Origin: an uncultured Phycisphaerales bacterium | Lineage (GTDB): Bacteria > Planctomycetota > Phycisphaerae > Tepidisphaerales > Tepidisphaeraceae | Reading direction: 5' to 3' | DNA length: 64,000 nucleotides | Assembly: GCA_963844715.1 (NCBI GenBank) | Contig: CAWJPJ010000008.1 | Location: forward strand, 672,001 to 736,000 | In this document: in pieces, positions 60,743 to 64,000 of the stretch | Layout: each line of letters begins with the position of its first letter | Numbering within the stretch: position 1 is the first letter of the stretch | The notes under the pieces: generated by a model | The model's database searches: none | Told to the model about the DNA's origin: nothing | Seen by the model: the letters and a program-made list of their open reading frames with translations, nothing else | Program-made: the position numbers and the translations under genes

Positions 60743-62530
60743 ATGGGCAAACGATGGACGCGATGGCTTTGGATTTCGCTGGCGGCTTCTCCAGCGATTG
60801 TCCCGCTGATTCTCATCTATCTCTTCGGCGTCAACTTCCATTTCCTCGACGAATGGAATCCCTGCATGGCGGGACTCTTCGTCAAAGCTCACCAGCATCA
60901 ATTCACGCTCGCGGATTTGTTTGCCCAAAACAATGAACACCGGGACGTGATCCCGCGGCTTCTGCTTCTGGCGACTAATCCGATCACGCATTGGAACAAC
61001 TATGCCGTGCTGGTCATGGAATGGGCGATCGTTCTCGCCACGTCGCTGATCATTCTCAATTTCATGCGGCGAACGCTCGATCCGCACCCCGGGGCGGCGC
61101 TCTCGCAACGAACGCTCGTACTCTGGTTTATCGCCAATCTTCTGATCTTCACGCCGTTACAGTACGAAAACTGGCTCTGGGGCATCGGGCTGGTGAACGT
61201 CATGCCGTCCTTTTTTATATTCCTATCTTTCCTCGCGCTTTTGTCGCGCGCGGATTTTCGCCTCAAATTCCTGGTCTGCCTGCTGCTGGCACTTGCGGCA
61301 ACCTATAGCCTCGGGAGCGGCGTGCTCGCCTGGCCGCTCATCGCGATCCTCGCGGCTTCCCCTTCATCGAATATTCCGTCGCACACGAGAAAATGGCTGC
61401 TCGGCGCATGGATCGCCGCCGCCGCGCTGGGGATCGGATTTTACTTTTATCATTACGTTCGCCCTCCTCTGCCTGCCAGCGGAGTCGATTCGTATTCGCT
61501 CAGTCCGTCGGCTCTATTGCAATACAACCTCGCCTATTTGGGCGCGGCGTTCTCTTCCAACGCAAATACCGATTCCAATGTGCTGACGTGCACCCTCCTC
61601 GGGTCGGCCATGCTCGCCATGCTCATCGGCGCGGCGGTTTATTTCGTCGCCGCCTGGCGGCGGAAAGAGCAATCGCTCTGCGATCGGTTGGCTCTGTGGC
61701 TCACCATTGCCTTGTTTGGGATTCTAAGTGGCGCAATGGCGTCAGTTTTCCGCGCCGGATACGGGCCGCAGCAGGCGCTCAGTTCCCGTTACATCACGTT
61801 CGCGGTTTACATTCCGATCGCATTGCTCAACATCATTCCCATCATCGCGGAGGATCTGCGCGAGATATCCGCAACAATTCGCCGGTATCTGGACGCAAAT
61901 CCCCGGCTCGCTCGCCGGGTGCATGCTCGTTCTATATTTCCTGACGTATCCGGGCGCGATCCACTCCTGCTCCTACACGCGCTTCGTCGCCGCCAGGGCA
62001 AGGCCACTCTTTTGATGGTGAACGTGTTGCCCGACAATCCGCTCATCGCCGACACGGTTGGCAATCCCGCCGATGTGAAGGCCGACGCACCGGTGCTGAA
62101 CGAAATGGGGTATCTCGATCCTCCGCTGATCTCGGCAAACGACGCCGCCCAACTGATCGCCCGGGATATCGGCGCCGAAGCTCCGATATATGGCAGCCTC
62201 GACGGTTCATATCCCCGCGATAATTTGATTCATCTGGTCGGATGGGCGTTCAATCGGCGCAATGGGCGCGTGGCCGACGGAGTTTTTCTGACCTACGAAT
62301 CTCCCGAAAAAAGGCAGGTGATTTTTGCCGCCGCCCGGATGAACTACGATCGAAAGGACGTGGCCGCGCATTTCGACAATCCCGATTATGAGTGGGCCGG
62401 CTGGGAAGCGCAAATTTCACCGAGCCTGCTGCCCGCCGGATTCAAGACGATCACCATCCGCGCCTGGGCTCTGGACGCAGATACGGCCCGGGCCTACCCG
62501 CTCGCCAACGGCTGCATCCTTCGCCGCTGA
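60743..62530 (+). CDS. Polytopic membrane protein, glycosyltransferase GT-C-like, with a periplasmic C-terminal domain
   Basis: DEW; Q.NEHR..PR; Q.ENW.WG; about 11 TMs; R..G..QA.SSRY; C-terminal GWA.../R.DVA Ig-like motif. Confidence 0.65.
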   Translation: MGKRWTRWLWISLAASPAIVPLILIYLFGVNFHFLDEWNPCMAGLFVKAHQHQFTLADLFAQNNEHRDVIPRLLLLATNPITHWNNYAVLVMEWAIVLATSLIILNFMRRTLDPHPGAALSQRTLVLWFIANLLIFTPLQYENWLWGIGLVNVMPSFFIFLSFLALLSRADFRLKFLVCLLLALAATYSLGSGVLAWPLIAILAASPSSNIPSHTRKWLLGAWIAAAALGIGFYFYHYVRPPLPASGVDSYSLSPSALLQYNLAYLGAAFSSNANTDSNVLTCTLLGSAMLAMLIGAAVYFVAAWRRKEQSLCDRLALWLTIALFGILSGAMASVFRAGYGPQQALSSRYITFAVYIPIALLNIIPIIAEDLREISATIRRYLDANPRLARRVHARSIFPDVSGRDPLLLLHALRRRQGKATLLMVNVLPDNPLIADTVGNPADVKADAPVLNEMGYLDPPLISANDAAQLIARDIGAEAPIYGSLDGSYPRDNLIHLVGWAFNRRNGRVADGVFLTYESPEKRQVIFAAARMNYDRKDVAAHFDNPDYEWAGWEAQISPSLLPAGFKTITIRAWALDADTARAYPLANGCILRR

Positions 62531-62619
62531 TTTCTGTTCCCTCGCCCCCTCGTTTAGCTTCGGCACGATGCGGGTCAGGGTGAGAAGCGTTCTTTTTTCT
62601 AATTTCCGGAAAACCGCGA

Positions 62620-64000
62620 TTACCTAAACTTCAAACCCGTCCAATAAGACTCGCTCAGCCAATGATCCGCTCCCGGCGAAGTCTCCAGAATCAGCCCATA
62701 CACGCGCTTGTCCCCGGCAAGCTGAATTGATCCGCGGTGCAATCCCCGATCCGCCGGCTCATTCCCCGGATCCATGTGCGCCGACCACGCCAACACGGCG
62801 CTGATCTGGCTCCCCGCTTCCGCGTCCACCGCGTAGATCCGAAAGTCCACGCCGTCCGACGGGGGATCGCTCAAATACGACCGGCTGCTCATCCCGTACC
62901 CAAAATCAAACCCCTTCGCCCCTGGCGGAACTTCGATCAGCATCCGCGTAAACGCATCCGCGCTGATCGCCAGCCTCTCCTCGTCGTTCTCCATCACCCG
63001 CGGCGGCTTACCCGGCTCAACCTGCAAAATCCTCGCCCCCAGAAATATTCTCCGAAGGTTCAAATATTCCTCCACCCCAGGAACCTTTGAAATGTCCCCG
63101 CGCGGATACTGCAATGCAAAAAACCGGACCGTGTATTGATCTTCATAACACGCATCCCTCCCATCCGCGGAAAGCGCGTCCGCCACCGTCATTTGCGCCG
63201 CCTGCTCATCCGAAAGCCCCTTCTTCCAATCCGAGGAATAGAGCATCCCAAACGCCCCCCTCTCTTCAATCACAGGCGACAGCAAAAATCCCCCCAACCC
63301 CACTTCCCGCAGATACCGAAACGCCTTCTTCCCTCCGCCCGCGGTCTGAATACCCATCGCCAGCACCGGCGGCTTATAGGCCACGCGCGCCGCCTTTCCC
63401 AGCGCCGTCAGACTGATATCCACCTTCGCCCAGATCGGATCGTCCGATTGCGGAACCGCGATCCATTCCCCCAGCCTTCCCGTCACCGATCCGATCGGCC
63501 TCAGCTTATATTCCCGCGGCAACGCCGCCTTCGTCAGCACCAGGTGATTTCCGCTCGCGTCTGTCAGATCATATCGCGACAAAAGCTCCGGCCACGACGC
63601 CGCATCCTCCAGTGAAAGTAGATGATGATCGATTGCCTGCGCATCGAAAAAAATCGTCTTGGCCGCCCCTGGCCCTCTCAGGAACTCCGCGTTCATTTCC
63701 GCCAGCGCCGCCGTATACGCCACGTAACTTTGAAAAATCGGCCGCGGCGTATAATCCAATCCCTCTTCCAACAGTTCCCTCTGCCCCCACGAATAGATGT
63801 CCACCGGTCCGTTCACCCGCGGCAATACCGCCCAATCGGGCGCCGAACTCAAAATTAAACCGGGATCTTGCGCTTGCCTCAGCGCAATCGACGCGCGCCG
63901 CGGAATCGCCGATATTTGTTGCAACATGCTTGTCGGACCGCTCTGCCGCGCAAATTGCTCCATGCTCGTCCATGACTCGTAAATGACACCGCAGCATAAC
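62620..64000 (-). CDS. Hypothetical protein, C-terminal soluble part of a probable membrane protein (partial)
   Basis: 447 aa open frame; PRPIFQSY.AYT..L...N; IDH. Confidence 0.6.
   Translation of the reverse strand, partial: LCCGVIYESWTSMEQFARQSGPTSMLQQISAIPRRASIALRQAQDPGLILSSAPDWAVLPRVNGPVDIYSWGQRELLEEGLDYTPRPIFQSYVAYTAALAEMNAEFLRGPGAAKTIFFDAQAIDHHLLSLEDAASWPELLSRYDLTDASGNHLVLTKAALPREYKLRPIGSVTGRLGEWIAVPQSDDPIWAKVDISLTALGKAARVAYKPPVLAMGIQTAGGGKKAFRYLREVGLGGFLLSPVIEERGAFGMLYSSDWKKGLSDEQAAQMTVADALSADGRDACYEDQYTVRFFALQYPRGDISKVPGVEEYLNLRRIFLGARILQVEPGKPPRVMENDEERLAISADAFTRMLIEVPPGAKGFDFGYGMSSRSYLSDPPSDGVDFRIYAVDAEAGSQISAVLAWSAHMDPGNEPADRGLHRGSIQLAGDKRVYGLILETSPGADHWLSESYWTGLKFR

Overview
GC-rich bacterial chromosome segment, most likely from a planctomycete (Phycisphaerae/Tepidisphaerales-like). 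Supporting signs are LE(E/P)RxLL-type N-termini, PEP-CTERM proteins, a HYExAFE protein and a MoxR/DUF58/BatA cluster. Many genes, including gap, eno, mutM and bioB, carry isolated single-base frameshifts. These look like long-read indel errors, so genes were rebuilt across frames and junction coordinates are approximate. Housekeeping genes are gap, mutM, carA, eno followed by an ftsB-like gene, cca, rsmD, bioB and fabI. A ~14 kb operon encodes MoxR, DUF58, BatA/vWA, vWA/GATase-like, coiled-coil, prenyltransferase-repeat and NPCBM proteins, and a second DUF58-BatA pair lies further on. Other genes include two unrelated TIR-domain genes, a SPINDLY-type O-GlcNAc transferase, pectin enzymes (CE8-like, GH28), two tandem beta-helix/PKD paralogs with a conserved structured leader, an FHA-GAF histidine kinase, toxin-antitoxin pairs/remnants and a complete IS630. 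The most striking unannotated signal is a family of REP-like palindromes (CCCTCTCCC-N-GGGAGAGGG-NNNGGGTGAGGG). One inverted pair encloses a DUF559 nuclease gene, several pairs are empty, one copy lies in an insertion within a gene, and one is split by the IS630. This suggests a DUF559-associated REP/REPIN-like system. At least four other small palindromic repeat families are also present. No rRNA, tRNA or CRISPR array was recognised.
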